The position numbers were made by a program, and so were the translations under genes. Below are positions 47,342-56,671 of a stretch of DNA of 64,000 nt, piece after piece; the stretch's first letter is position 1; every line of letters starts with the position of its first letter. The DNA comes from a virus: positions 18,530-82,529 of the IMG/VR virus record IMGVR_UViG_3300037524_002016. One strand, given 5' to 3'. The notes under the pieces are model-generated. The model ran no database searches. It worked only from the letters and a program-made list of their open reading frames with translations, and was not told where the DNA came from.

Positions 47342-47424
47342 GAGGCGGCCCTGAACCGCCTCGACTTGGTGCCGCCCCAGGGGAGTTCAGGGCTCCCCGG
47401 CCAGAGGAGGCGGCGTAGCTGGCC
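47342..47424 (-). ncRNA. Candidate structured RNA: pseudoknot plus two hairpins with complementary 7-nt loops
   Basis: Stems GGCCAG/CUGGCC, GCCGCCUC/GGGGCGGC, GGGGAG/CUCCCC, GAGGCGG/CCGCCUC; loops CCCUGAA and UUCAGGG. Confidence 0.6.
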
Positions 47425-47428
47425 TTGC

Positions 47429-47656
47429 TTACTCTGCGATCAGCACGCCAGCTGCAACCTGGCAGTCGATCCAGTTGTCGGAGACAATTGGCTCCGTCGG
47501 GTAGAGCGTTTCGAAGAAGATGTCCCGGTAGGGATGCTTGCGCCGGTGGCCGACCGAGGTGTAACGCTTCAACTCGGGCCCCGCCGCGGCGGGCTTGGGA
47601 GCCCGCTGCTGGCGTTCCTTGAGCACTTCGGCCTGGACCTTGGAAAGTTCCGTCAT
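47429..47656 (-). CDS. Small protein downstream of the capsid gene
   Basis: AAGGAG RBS; synteny. Confidence 0.7.
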   Translation of the reverse strand: MTELSKVQAEVLKERQQRAPKPAAAGPELKRYTSVGHRRKHPYRDIFFETLYPTEPIVSDNWIDCQVAAGVLIAE

Positions 47657-47666
47657 GGAAATCTCC

Positions 47667-48860
47667 TTACAGGGTCAGGGTCAGCATCTTCCAGGCGTCC
47701 GGATACAGCTTGCGCATGATCCAGCCCCAATCCAGTCGCAGGCTGGTGGCCTTCCGCATTACGTATTCCTCGATCGCCGAGTAGCTCGCGCTGACGTTGG
47801 TCACCCGCTGCACGCCGTACCGGGAATCCAGGCAAGCCATGGTGTTGGCGCCCAGGACGCTGGTATCCAGCGGCAGGAAGCCGACATCGGACATGCCCAA
47901 CTGATCGATCAGCAACTCCGCATTAATGCGGGGCGAGGTGTTGTTGTCGGTCGAAGTCGTTGGCTTGCCAGAGCGGTTCTGAATCGCCAGCGCGCAGTCG
48001 ATGTCGCCGGCCATCCAGTCGATGGAGAGCTTCTTGTAGTCGGCCCACAGGAACTTCACCCAGGCTTTCTGGGTGATGACACCGGCCGCGTTGATCGTGC
48101 TGTCGAAGGTGACAGCCTTCTGGCTGACCGAAACCGCAGCCTCGCCCAGATCGGTGTCGCCATTGATCAGGGTCGCGAACGCCCGGCTGGCCTGGGCAAT
48201 CCGGCGGGCCCGGGTGTTGGCTTCCAGGGTCTTGGCGATCACATCCAGCGTGGTGTTCTGCTGGGCTTCATCCGAAAAGGTCAAGCCCACCGCATGAGTA
48301 GGAATCCGGAACTGCCGGGAACCCGTGGTGAACGAGATCATGATCGGCGGTTCGGTCAGCTGGCCGACCGGCTGCGAGGAATCGACCTCGGCTTCCTTGA
48401 TGTTGATGATCGGCTGATCCACCCAGGCCTGGGTGACGCTCAGGTCCTGGGCCACCAAGCTGTCGAGACCCATGAGGAACTTGTCGTTGCTCTCACGAAG
48501 TTCCGCCTCGACCAGGGCCATCAGCACTTCGGGATAGAGCAGGCGACCTGATACGGTCTGCCGGTCCGCACCGTCCGGACGAATGATGGCGCCGGCCTTG
48601 ATGTCGAGCCCGCCTTCCAGCACCTGGGCCAGCGTCGGCGGTCGAATTCCCAGTTTGGCATCGCCACGCACGAAGAGACCGGCCGATTGCACGAGCTGGT
48701 CGAAAGTCGTCATAGATTGGTGGGACGTCGGGAAGTGCCGATTCACGTACTGGCGGAGAGACAGGCCCTCCTTGTTGGCCGCTTTGTATGCGGTCACGTC
48801 CAGCTTCAGTTCAGTCTGCTTGCCGCTGGCGTCGACAAAGCTGTATGCAAAATTGTCCAC
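47667..48860 (-). CDS. Major capsid protein
   Basis: 397 aa, strong codon bias, follows the protease and decoration genes; HK97-like size and C-terminal pattern. Confidence 0.8.
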   Translation of the reverse strand: MDNFAYSFVDASGKQTELKLDVTAYKAANKEGLSLRQYVNRHFPTSHQSMTTFDQLVQSAGLFVRGDAKLGIRPPTLAQVLEGGLDIKAGAIIRPDGADRQTVSGRLLYPEVLMALVEAELRESNDKFLMGLDSLVAQDLSVTQAWVDQPIINIKEAEVDSSQPVGQLTEPPIMISFTTGSRQFRIPTHAVGLTFSDEAQQNTTLDVIAKTLEANTRARRIAQASRAFATLINGDTDLGEAAVSVSQKAVTFDSTINAAGVITQKAWVKFLWADYKKLSIDWMAGDIDCALAIQNRSGKPTTSTDNNTSPRINAELLIDQLGMSDVGFLPLDTSVLGANTMACLDSRYGVQRVTNVSASYSAIEEYVMRKATSLRLDWGWIMRKLYPDAWKMLTLTL

Positions 48861-48883
48861 TGTTAGTTCTCCAGGGCTAGCGA

Positions 48884-49330
48884 TTAAATGCGTTCCAGCA
48901 GCACTTTCGTGCCTGCCGTGCCGTCACCGTAACGGCGAATGACCCGCCACTTGTACGTGGACGGGGTCCCGGTCTTGACCTTGGGGGCTCCTGCAGTACC
49001 GAGGGCCACCTGGGTGTCGGCCACAACCAGGTCGAGCACGGCCATGGCCGTGGCACCTTGGTTGGCGCCGACCTCGGCAATGAAGCGCTTGTTGCGCTGC
49101 ACGGAGCCGAAGCTGAAACCGGAATTGACCGTGAAGTCGGCGATCGTGGCCACGAAGCCTTCGATCTCGTCACCACCGGTCGCGAGCACGTAGTTCTGGG
49201 CGTTGCCCATCTTCACGCACTTGCCGATGTCCTTCATGTTGAACTTGCCACTCGAATTGGCGCCAAGAGCCGCGTCAACGACATCCGCCAAAGGGGCGTT
49301 GACCAGCTCGGAAAAGGCAAAGGTAGTCAT
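48884..49330 (-). CDS. Head decoration/cement protein
   Basis: 148-aa Gly/Ala/Thr-rich beta protein between the protease and capsid genes. Confidence 0.7.
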   Translation of the reverse strand: MTTFAFSELVNAPLADVVDAALGANSSGKFNMKDIGKCVKMGNAQNYVLATGGDEIEGFVATIADFTVNSGFSFGSVQRNKRFIAEVGANQGATAMAVLDLVVADTQVALGTAGAPKVKTGTPSTYKWRVIRRYGDGTAGTKVLLERI

Positions 49331-49347
49331 GTGATCGCTCCTTTGGG

Positions 49348-51060
49348 TTAATCAATAATGCAAAGCTTGGCCAGCGCAGCGTCGAGCACCTTGGCGGAGG
49401 CTTCCACCAAGGCGTCTTCGTCCGCACCTTCTTCCACTGCCGCCGTCTTGGCGCCGCCCGGGAACCGTTTCGCAAAGTCCGGCTGCAGAGCGCCGTACTG
49501 TACGAGCAACAGTTCCACCGGCAGCGCATCGAGATTCAGCGCGGGGCCGCCCATGGCGACCTGCATGCGGTTGATCTCGGTCCGCAACACCGGCAGGGTC
49601 TGGGCCATCTGGCTGCTCAACTTGGCGACATCCCCGGCAAGCGAGGCGTTGACGGCATTGGCCTGGGCCAGTTGCGCGGTCAGTTCCTCGATCTGAGCTT
49701 GCAATGGCGCAGCCGTAGCCTTGGCTACGGCTGCGCTATCAACAGGTTCGGGTCCAGATTCAGGGAGAGAAGCCAGCTTGATCGTGGGACTGATCACCAG
49801 GGGCGCTGCGGCCTTGGCTTCGTCCGAGCGGTCGTCGACCACGGAGACGCGGATCAGGCCGGGGCCCTCGCCGAAGACGTCCACTTTGTCGGTGCGGGTG
49901 TCCAAGACCAGCAACGTCAGTTGTTCCTGACCAGATCCTGCGGTGGCCGACCGAAGGTCGGTCACCGCCTGATTGGGTTCAGAAACAGGTGCCGCAACGG
50001 TCTCTGCAGCGCTCTCTGCGTCCGCTGCCGGACTCGATTCGGTGATCTTCATGGGTACAACAGCCATACGTTGTGTGTTACCGCGAATCCTACCATATCC
50101 ACTTTGTGGGTCAACATTTCGCCTTGACAAAATATGGCCAACCAGACCCGAGAAGGTGCCCACCTGGTTTGCGAGTCCAAGCTGTACCGCCTTTTCACCA
50201 GTGAACACACTGCCGTCCGCAATCTTGTCCAAGATATGTGACGTGGACTTGCCGATGTTCCGGGAGAGCCCTTCCACGAAGAACAGGCGCGATTCCTCTA
50301 AACGGGCCTGGATCACATCGGCTGCTTTATCGCTCAGCTTCTCGTAGGGGTTTCCCAGGGCCTTGTTCTCTCCGGCGCGAAAGACCCTGATCGTCACGCC
50401 ATGATCAGCCATCATCTGCGTTAGCTCGGAGTGAATCGCGATCACACCAACTGACCCGTTCTCGGCCATCCTGGTCGTCCACACCTCATCCGCGGAGGTG
50501 CCCAACCAACAGGCCGCGCTGGTCATCCTGGACCCATTGAAGGAGTACACAGGGAGTACAGTGTCAGTGAACTGCGCAATAAAATGGGCGCAATCGTCGC
50601 AGCCCATCACCGACCCACCGGGCGAGGCCCAGTTCAGGATCACTTCCTTGGCGCCCAGGTCCTTGGCAGTCAGCATGGCCTCGGCGATCTCGTCGTAGCT
50701 CACCATCCCGTAAAACCGATTGAACGGATCGTTCTCGGAGGTCAGTTCGCCGGCGATATCGATCACACCGATACCGTTGCCCATGGCCAGGAGGTGGTGT
50801 CCACCCTCTTGTGCTCTTGTTTGGCGAAAAGGCTCTGGCTGATGGCCATCAGCCAGAGCGTTTATCCGCAAAGGAGGACGCACAAGTTCCTGAGCCAACA
50901 GCTTTTCCCGCTCGGTCGGCGTCAGATTCATGATTCGCTCACGCTTCTTCGCGTGCCGATGCTGAGAAGCTTCGTCACCGAACCACAGTTCAAAACCATG
51001 GCTGGCCTGGGTCCGGCTTGCCGGACCCAGGCTATTCGAGTTTTCAATTTGGTCGCTCAT
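49348..51060 (-). CDS. S49 (SppA-like) prohead protease with C-terminal scaffold region
   Basis: ASPGGSV, MTSAACWLGTSADEV, GSVGVI, AGENKALGNPYE; C-terminal low-complexity and coiled-coil region. Confidence 0.9.
   Translation of the reverse strand: MSDQIENSNSLGPASRTQASHGFELWFGDEASQHRHAKKRERIMNLTPTEREKLLAQELVRPPLRINALADGHQPEPFRQTRAQEGGHHLLAMGNGIGVIDIAGELTSENDPFNRFYGMVSYDEIAEAMLTAKDLGAKEVILNWASPGGSVMGCDDCAHFIAQFTDTVLPVYSFNGSRMTSAACWLGTSADEVWTTRMAENGSVGVIAIHSELTQMMADHGVTIRVFRAGENKALGNPYEKLSDKAADVIQARLEESRLFFVEGLSRNIGKSTSHILDKIADGSVFTGEKAVQLGLANQVGTFSGLVGHILSRRNVDPQSGYGRIRGNTQRMAVVPMKITESSPAADAESAAETVAAPVSEPNQAVTDLRSATAGSGQEQLTLLVLDTRTDKVDVFGEGPGLIRVSVVDDRSDEAKAAAPLVISPTIKLASLPESGPEPVDSAAVAKATAAPLQAQIEELTAQLAQANAVNASLAGDVAKLSSQMAQTLPVLRTEINRMQVAMGGPALNLDALPVELLLVQYGALQPDFAKRFPGGAKTAAVEEGADEDALVEASAKVLDAALAKLCIID
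50087..50114 (-). promoter_or_regulatory. Internal promoter in the protease gene with CCAC-N3-GTGG operator
   Basis: TTGACC-16 nt-TAGGAT with extended -10 TG; closely matches the promoter at 2793. Confidence 0.65.
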
Positions 51061-51070
51061 GACGATATCC

Positions 51071-52501
51071 TCAGGGTTTCGGGTCATTGTCTTCGCCGCC
51101 GGCTGAATTCGGCGTCTTCGGGGCCAAGGTCTTCTCCTGCGCGCCGTTATTGGCACTCGGCATGGCCTGGGCTTTCTGCTGGTGGAACATCGTTCCGGAG
51201 AGTTTCGGCGCGCCCGGCGCACGCGGGCCGGTGCCGAGGTACTCAGCGGCCTCCTCATCGGTGTAGAACCCGAGGGACAGAAGCTCCAGGATGCGGGCCT
51301 GCCGCATCTGCCGGTAGGCCTCCAGTTCGCCTTCCGGCCGCAGTTCAATGGGAGCGAACAGGAAGCGAACGTAAACATCGGCGCCGGTCAGCCGAACGGC
51401 CAGGGTCAGGGCCTTGCTCCAGAACTGTTCCACCGGCAGTTGGATGGCCCGGGCCATCTTCAGAAAGATCAGAGTCTCTGTGTTGCTGAGACTCTGACTT
51501 CCCTGAAGGCGAAGCCCCAGCACTGACGGCATGGACTTCAAGCTCGTCGCCATCAATCCGGACAACGCCTGCAGGATGGTCGTGTAGTCGGCCTTCTCCC
51601 CGGCGGTCTTCAGAGTCTCGAACTCGGCAGTGTCATAAAGGACCAAGGCGTCATCGGGGTTTAATCCTTGAAGGGATTTTTCTACGAGAGACTTCTCCGA
51701 TGCCAGGTGCTCAGACAGCTTGGCCGGGTCATTGCGAACCGCCACCGGGGCCGAATTGATGACCTTCTCCTGATTCAAAAGCACCACCAGCCGGCTGTGC
51801 CCCGACTGCCGGATCACCCGGACCATGTCCTCGATGAACTCGGCGTAGACAAAGGTCGTGTTCAGCGCTGCCTCGAACATCGACCGCGGGAAGAAGGTGT
51901 TGGCCGACTGGTTACTCCAGCACACCCAGAAGTTCGGGATGTCCAGCGGGATGTCGCCCTCCTGGCCCCGCTGCAGCGGGTACTTGGTGCCGTTGCCTTT
52001 GCTCCTCCACTGAATGGATTCCGCCGGAACGAGTGACACCCGTTCCGGCAGTTGAAACTTATTCAGAACAAGTTCACCGGCCAACATGCCGACCATGGCC
52101 GTCTCTTTCAGCTGGGTCTCGATCAGGGCCTGTAACGGCAACCGATCGTTGTAGCCCTGGGTGTAGTCATAGGCCGTATCCATCATCGCCAGGATGTTAC
52201 GGGCCGCCTGCGCACCCTCCGGACTGAACTGGTTGGTTCCGGTCTGATAGGCCATCACTTTGTAGTCGGTCATGGCCACCTGGACATAGGAGAACAGGGC
52301 CGTCGACACCGTGCCATTGAACCGGGACAGGGCCCGGATCGCCTTAATCGGACTGATCTGGCGCAGGGTCTTGATCGACTGGTTGACGTAGCTGTTTTCC
52401 GAGTCGCGGATGTCGGCATCCCGCTCACTGCTGAAGCCGGGGTCGGACACCTGGACCTTTTTCAAGGACCGCGGCAGGGTGACGGGAATGGATTCGGCCA
52501 T
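51071..52501 (-). CDS. Portal protein
   Basis: 476 aa between terminase and protease; helical; synteny. Confidence 0.8.
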   Translation of the reverse strand: MAESIPVTLPRSLKKVQVSDPGFSSERDADIRDSENSYVNQSIKTLRQISPIKAIRALSRFNGTVSTALFSYVQVAMTDYKVMAYQTGTNQFSPEGAQAARNILAMMDTAYDYTQGYNDRLPLQALIETQLKETAMVGMLAGELVLNKFQLPERVSLVPAESIQWRSKGNGTKYPLQRGQEGDIPLDIPNFWVCWSNQSANTFFPRSMFEAALNTTFVYAEFIEDMVRVIRQSGHSRLVVLLNQEKVINSAPVAVRNDPAKLSEHLASEKSLVEKSLQGLNPDDALVLYDTAEFETLKTAGEKADYTTILQALSGLMATSLKSMPSVLGLRLQGSQSLSNTETLIFLKMARAIQLPVEQFWSKALTLAVRLTGADVYVRFLFAPIELRPEGELEAYRQMRQARILELLSLGFYTDEEAAEYLGTGPRAPGAPKLSGTMFHQQKAQAMPSANNGAQEKTLAPKTPNSAGGEDNDPKP

Positions 52502-52562
52502 CGTTGTTACCTATACGTGTCAAATTCGACTTGACCCATTTTCAATGGGCCAAGTCGTTTAT

Positions 52563-54413
52563 TTAGCCAAGGTAGGACCGCCGGGGTCGGTCCGCCAGCC
52601 CCATGGGCTCGTCATCGCGGGGGCTGGGTATCCGCACCGACGTGATGGGCGGCAGGATGAGGCCCGCGGTGGCCGAGACGGAGCCCTCCTCCAAGATCGA
52701 GAACCCGATGCGGAGGTAGTTGAGGGCATGGGCAAAGTGGGTGTCCCCGGTGTCGACCCAGGTGCCCTTGGCGGAAGCGTCTTCGCGGACCTTCTTGATG
52801 TTCTGCAGGTGCCGCTTCACCGTCGGCATCTCCGGGCACTCGCAGAAGCGAATCCGGCCGCTGTTCACGTCCTTGGAGAGGTCGTCAAAGGCCGCCGTCC
52901 GGTTAGCGTGAACCAGGCCTTTCTCGAGGTCGATCCGGTGCCCGATCAACTGCTTGCGCTCGGACCCTTCCCGCTCGTAATAGCAACCGAAGGCTGAGCC
53001 TTCCGGCAGGTTGTTGGTCACATGCTTGGCGGTGGTGAAGTCCGGGGCCGCGTCCACAACTGCCATTACAGAGTGGAAGTCTTGGGCTACGCCCAAGACT
53101 TCCATTCCTAGAATAGGGTCATGGAGGTCGCGGGTGTCGATCCGGGCAATGTAAATGACGTCGATGAAGGCCCCATTCCGGGTTCCGACCACGATCCAGG
53201 ACACCTTGCCCACGTCACACCCCACCACCGTGGGCCGGCCCGACCAATGGGCCCGGTCCTGCAGTCGCAGGACCGTGCTTCTGTCGACCACGTCGATGAG
53301 GAAGGACGATTCGGCGTCCTCATAAGTCTCCCCGACCTTGTGGTTCACCCACTGGTACTTGTACTTATAATCGCCAAGCTGTCTCAGCGTCCTGGCGGGG
53401 GTGTTAATCTTCGGCAGATCGAACGAACTGATCTTGAAGCCCTTGTGAGTCCTGGACGGGTACTCATGGACCCAGGCCCGTGCTTCCGGATCTGCCAGGT
53501 TCTGACGAGTGATGGGTTGGCCGCAGCCCGGGTGGGGGCATTTGAGCCAGGCATCGTTGACCCTGATCCTATTGTTGGTATGGCTGGGTCCGGCTTCGCC
53601 GGACCCAGCAAAATCAGAAATAGAGTCTGATTCAAGGTCGTGTTGCTCGAGATGATGACGTTCAAAGAACCTCAAGCTGTCATCGAACCCCGGCACCACC
53701 ACGTCCTCGAAGAACTCCGGGGTCACCCAGCGGCTGCAAGCATAATGTTTGACGGCGTAACGCCCCTTAGACGACCCGCTGTAGAACTTGCTGATTCCGA
53801 AGCCCTGCACCGTGGGCGTGGAGAACCGCACGGTGTGATGCATGCCCTCTTCCTGGTGGCCCAAGCGGGACTGGTACGTGGTCAGCACGTCCGGATCGGA
53901 GAAGTCCACCTCGTCATGAAACAAGGCCGTGGCCGGGATCGAGATCGGGTCCATGCCGGCGGAGGCACCAGTGATGTGTAGGAACGAAGATCCCAACTTC
54001 TTCAAGGTGTTGTTGTCCACGTTGGGGTCCAACAGGCCCTTGATCGTCGGGGACCCGGCAATAGCGGGATCGATACGGGTGGTGCAGAACTTGTTCGCAA
54101 ACGCCGACGTCTGCAGGGTGTAAATAATCTGCGTCGGCTGTTTCACAATCAGATAGGCGGCGGCCATCCGAATCGCTAATTCCGAGACCCCGGCCTGTGA
54201 AATCTTCATGACCGAGGCTTGCTCCTCGGCAATGGCGGCGGCAATGTCCACCTGGAATTCGTGGTCCTTGAACGACCAAGGCCGATGCGGATCCGCGGGA
54301 TGAGACGTGAAATCCTCAATCCAGCGGGGAATGAAAGACAGGTCGCGGCCTCCGGAGACACCGAGCCGGATGCGGAGGAGGGTTTGGTCGATGCGATCAG
54401 ATCGAGATGGCAC
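52563..54413 (-). CDS. terL: Terminase large subunit (lambda gpA-like)
   Basis: HEFQ, MKISQAGVSE, FHDEVD, FSTPT..GFGI, VGCDVG nuclease motif, DTHFAHA. Confidence 0.88.
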   Translation of the reverse strand: MPSRSDRIDQTLLRIRLGVSGGRDLSFIPRWIEDFTSHPADPHRPWSFKDHEFQVDIAAAIAEEQASVMKISQAGVSELAIRMAAAYLIVKQPTQIIYTLQTSAFANKFCTTRIDPAIAGSPTIKGLLDPNVDNNTLKKLGSSFLHITGASAGMDPISIPATALFHDEVDFSDPDVLTTYQSRLGHQEEGMHHTVRFSTPTVQGFGISKFYSGSSKGRYAVKHYACSRWVTPEFFEDVVVPGFDDSLRFFERHHLEQHDLESDSISDFAGSGEAGPSHTNNRIRVNDAWLKCPHPGCGQPITRQNLADPEARAWVHEYPSRTHKGFKISSFDLPKINTPARTLRQLGDYKYKYQWVNHKVGETYEDAESSFLIDVVDRSTVLRLQDRAHWSGRPTVVGCDVGKVSWIVVGTRNGAFIDVIYIARIDTRDLHDPILGMEVLGVAQDFHSVMAVVDAAPDFTTAKHVTNNLPEGSAFGCYYEREGSERKQLIGHRIDLEKGLVHANRTAAFDDLSKDVNSGRIRFCECPEMPTVKRHLQNIKKVREDASAKGTWVDTGDTHFAHALNYLRIGFSILEEGSVSATAGLILPPITSVRIPSPRDDEPMGLADRPRRSYLG

Positions 54414-54897
54414 GGAGGCGGCGCTCCAAGTCGGTGATGTACTGTTCTTGGGCCTCTTCGGGGAGGTTCTTTACAGTTTCTATGAAGGCCGCTTCTATGG
54501 CAGAGAGTTCAGACTCCTTGTCCAGCTTTTCCTGGGCCTTTAGGTAAAGACTCAAGAAGCTCGTGAAAGCCGTCACCATCTCCCGGGCCTCCCGCACTTC
54601 GAAGCCGTCCCTCAGCTTATTGGTCAGGGGATTGACCAGGTTCTGGCGGAGGGCCTGGACCAGGGCGTACTGGGCCTTCACCTCTTGGTGGAGGTCGAAG
54701 GGTGCCGAGAGGTCGCCGGCAATCTCAGCCAGGGCCCTGCGCTGTCCCGGGGTCAAGTAGTTGTCCAACTCGGCAATGGTTTTCAAAGCCGCGGCAATCT
54801 TTTCCCCGGGCGTCAGCGGGGCTTCACCTAGGGTGGCGAAGGGGACCGGTTCAGCGGGTTTGGGGTGACGGGTCAGCATGGGATGGGGTCTCTTCAC
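54397..54897 (-). CDS. Probable terminase small subunit
   Basis: Helical protein of about 160 aa overlapping the terL start. Confidence 0.6.
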   Translation of the reverse strand: MKRPHPMLTRHPKPAEPVPFATLGEAPLTPGEKIAAALKTIAELDNYLTPGQRRALAEIAGDLSAPFDLHQEVKAQYALVQALRQNLVNPLTNKLRDGFEVREAREMVTAFTSFLSLYLKAQEKLDKESELSAIEAAFIETVKNLPEEAQEQYITDLERRLRAISI

Positions 54898-54944
54898 TAA
54901 AAGGTTTCGATAGCGCGGTGGCCGGCCAACGGCCGGTCACCGCA

Positions 54945-55181
54945 TTAGCGAATCTTTTTCGTCGCAGTAGCCCGGCCCCAGATCGACAGCAGCGCGCCGA
55001 TGCCGGACAGTCCAGTCATCACGGACGGGACCAAATCGGTCACGGTGTCCACGGCACAGTTCTTCAGCGCTTCGCTGACAGTGAAGTCGGTGGTGGCTGC
55101 CACGAATGAACTGACCAGGGTGATGAGGGCCCCGATGATGGTCTTCGAGGTGTACCAGGGCTTGATGTCATGGGTGTCCAT
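54945..55181 (-). CDS. Small two-TM holin-like protein
   Basis: KPWYTSKTIIGALITLVS...GALLSIWGR..A.KKI. Confidence 0.6.
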   Translation of the reverse strand: MDTHDIKPWYTSKTIIGALITLVSSFVAATTDFTVSEALKNCAVDTVTDLVPSVMTGLSGIGALLSIWGRATATKKIR

Positions 55182-55248
55182 TTTTCTGCTCTCTGTTGGG
55201 TGGGGTTTAAGTCAGGCGTGACCTCCGCTTCGCGGAGGTCACGCTCGG

Positions 55249-55479
55249 TTAAATCTCTCCCGACACAGAGTCGGGAAAGCTCGGAAACGCTCGATCGTCC
55301 ACGTAAATGTCCAGGAAGTGGTTCTTCCAGAACCGCGTGTAGAGCCAATAGCGGCGCCAGCGTCCGCCTTTCTGGTCCGGAAAGGTCTTCAGCTTGAAAA
55401 GCTGGAGACCTTTCCAATCTGAAGTACGGGGAGCATGGGCGGGATCGATATTCAGTCCCAAGGTCACGGTGATTTTCAT
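55249..55479 (-). CDS. Hypothetical protein
   Basis: AGGAA RBS before MKITVTLG. Confidence 0.45.
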   Translation of the reverse strand: MKITVTLGLNIDPAHAPRTSDWKGLQLFKLKTFPDQKGGRWRRYWLYTRFWKNHFLDIYVDDRAFPSFPDSVSGEI

Positions 55480-55576
55480 GGTGTTCCTGCGGGTCAAGGT
55501 CCAGGTTCGGGATCGGGCCCAGGGTGGTACGGCCAGGGGCCAGAAACTGTGTCTGTGTGGCTTTGGCGGGGAAAGC

Positions 55577-55930
55577 TCAGTACTCCTCGCTCGCATGGGG
55601 GCGCTCCAACAGTCGAGGTTTCTTTAAAGGGTCGGGATCGGGGGCCGGTGCAGGTCCACTGATAGAGTCAGAACCAGGGTTTGGGCCCGGCCCTGGCCCT
55701 CTGACAGAGTCAGAGTCGGAGGCAGAACCAGGGCTTGGCCCTTCTGCGGTAATCCTGGCGAACTCTTTCTGCGCGGCAGCGTAGGCCCGGTCCCGGGCTG
55801 CGCCCCAGTTGGGGGCCATGGGATCGCCGATGGTGTAGCCCAGGGCCTGGGTGCCGTTCGTTGCCGTGATCAGGCAGACGGTCACGTAGGTGCCGGGGAT
55901 AACATGGTAGAGGGTGGACACTGTACGCAT
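55577..55930 (-). CDS. Possible N4 gp49/Sf6 gp66-like protein with Pro/Gly/Ser tail
   Basis: GTYVTVCLITATNG..ALG...AARDRAY resembles the TVC.L.L.NG..V.G core of that family. Confidence 0.45.
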   Translation of the reverse strand: MRTVSTLYHVIPGTYVTVCLITATNGTQALGYTIGDPMAPNWGAARDRAYAAAQKEFARITAEGPSPGSASDSDSVRGPGPGPNPGSDSISGPAPAPDPDPLKKPRLLERPHASEEY

Positions 55931-56202
55931 GAGAGGATTCTAGCATGCGTATGGGGAGAGTCACACTGGTTGAGTCGGGGGCTGTGAAATGTACTGAAAA
56001 GTTGTCGAGATGAGGGAGGGGACTGTGGCGTTTTCAGAGAGAACCCCAAAATAAAAAGTGGTACCGGGTCTTTCCTTTAGAAAACAATCACTTAGACATC
56101 ACAACACTGTCACTACATGGTTTGTGACGAAATAGCAGGGTTGCGACATAAAAAATTAAATAGATACTGTAACCATGCTCCACAACAAAGAAGGACACCA
56201 CC

Positions 56203-56400
56203 ATGAAGACCAAGACCAACAACACGGCCACTAGGCAGTTAGTGGTCGGCACGTACAGGGGCATCACCCTGTACATCGGTCCCAAGGGCGGCGAGCCCAT
56301 GGGAGTTGAAACGATGGAATGGCAAAGTTTTGTTGAGGACTGCCCTGTGATGGGCGCCCTGTTGAAGAAAATGGCCGACGGGACACCTCACTATGTTTAA
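56203..56400 (+). CDS. Small early protein (paralog of 58131-58301)
   Basis: AAGGA RBS; LYIGP...WQSFVEDCPVMGALL..MADG..HY. Confidence 0.75.
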   Translation: MKTKTNNTATRQLVVGTYRGITLYIGPKGGEPMGVETMEWQSFVEDCPVMGALLKKMADGTPHYV

Positions 56401-56590
56401 AGAAGTTGCTCTGATGCTGATTCTCTTGACGGGTTGCACTACACACCCCGTCAAAGAGACCGCCATCGGCCTCGAAACGGCCTCAGCGGCCGAATTGGCC
56501 GCCAGTGTCGGCACAGCGCCGACACCAAGGATGGTGGAAATGCCGGTAGTCCCGGCAAAACGGCAAGAGATGCCGATACCGGCACGGTAA
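56393..56590 (+). CDS. Small lipoprotein
   Basis: MFKEVALMLILLTG-C lipobox. Confidence 0.6.
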   Translation: MFKEVALMLILLTGCTTHPVKETAIGLETASAAELAASVGTAPTPRMVEMPVVPAKRQEMPIPAR

Positions 56591-56671
56591 GAGATCAAAT
56601 TCCGCTGTTGACAGCGGAATTTGAAGGTTAGATCGCCCTCAGCGATCTGCAAAAGCGGCCGGCGGGCCGCA

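Noticed and set aside
47342-47424. HDV-like (theta) ribozyme, suggested by GGCCAGC..CCUCCUC..GG and the nested pseudoknot
   Set aside because: No room for P3/L3 between P2 and the 3' strand of P1, and no C-R-A type J4/2; kept only as an unknown structured RNA
52527-52557. Hairpin CGACTTGACCCATT-TTC-AATGGGCCAAGTCG between terminase and portal, and similar hairpins at 3795-3823 and 54914-54944
   Set aside because: Isolated intergenic stems consistent with ordinary mRNA stabilisers, processing sites or weak terminators; no further signal
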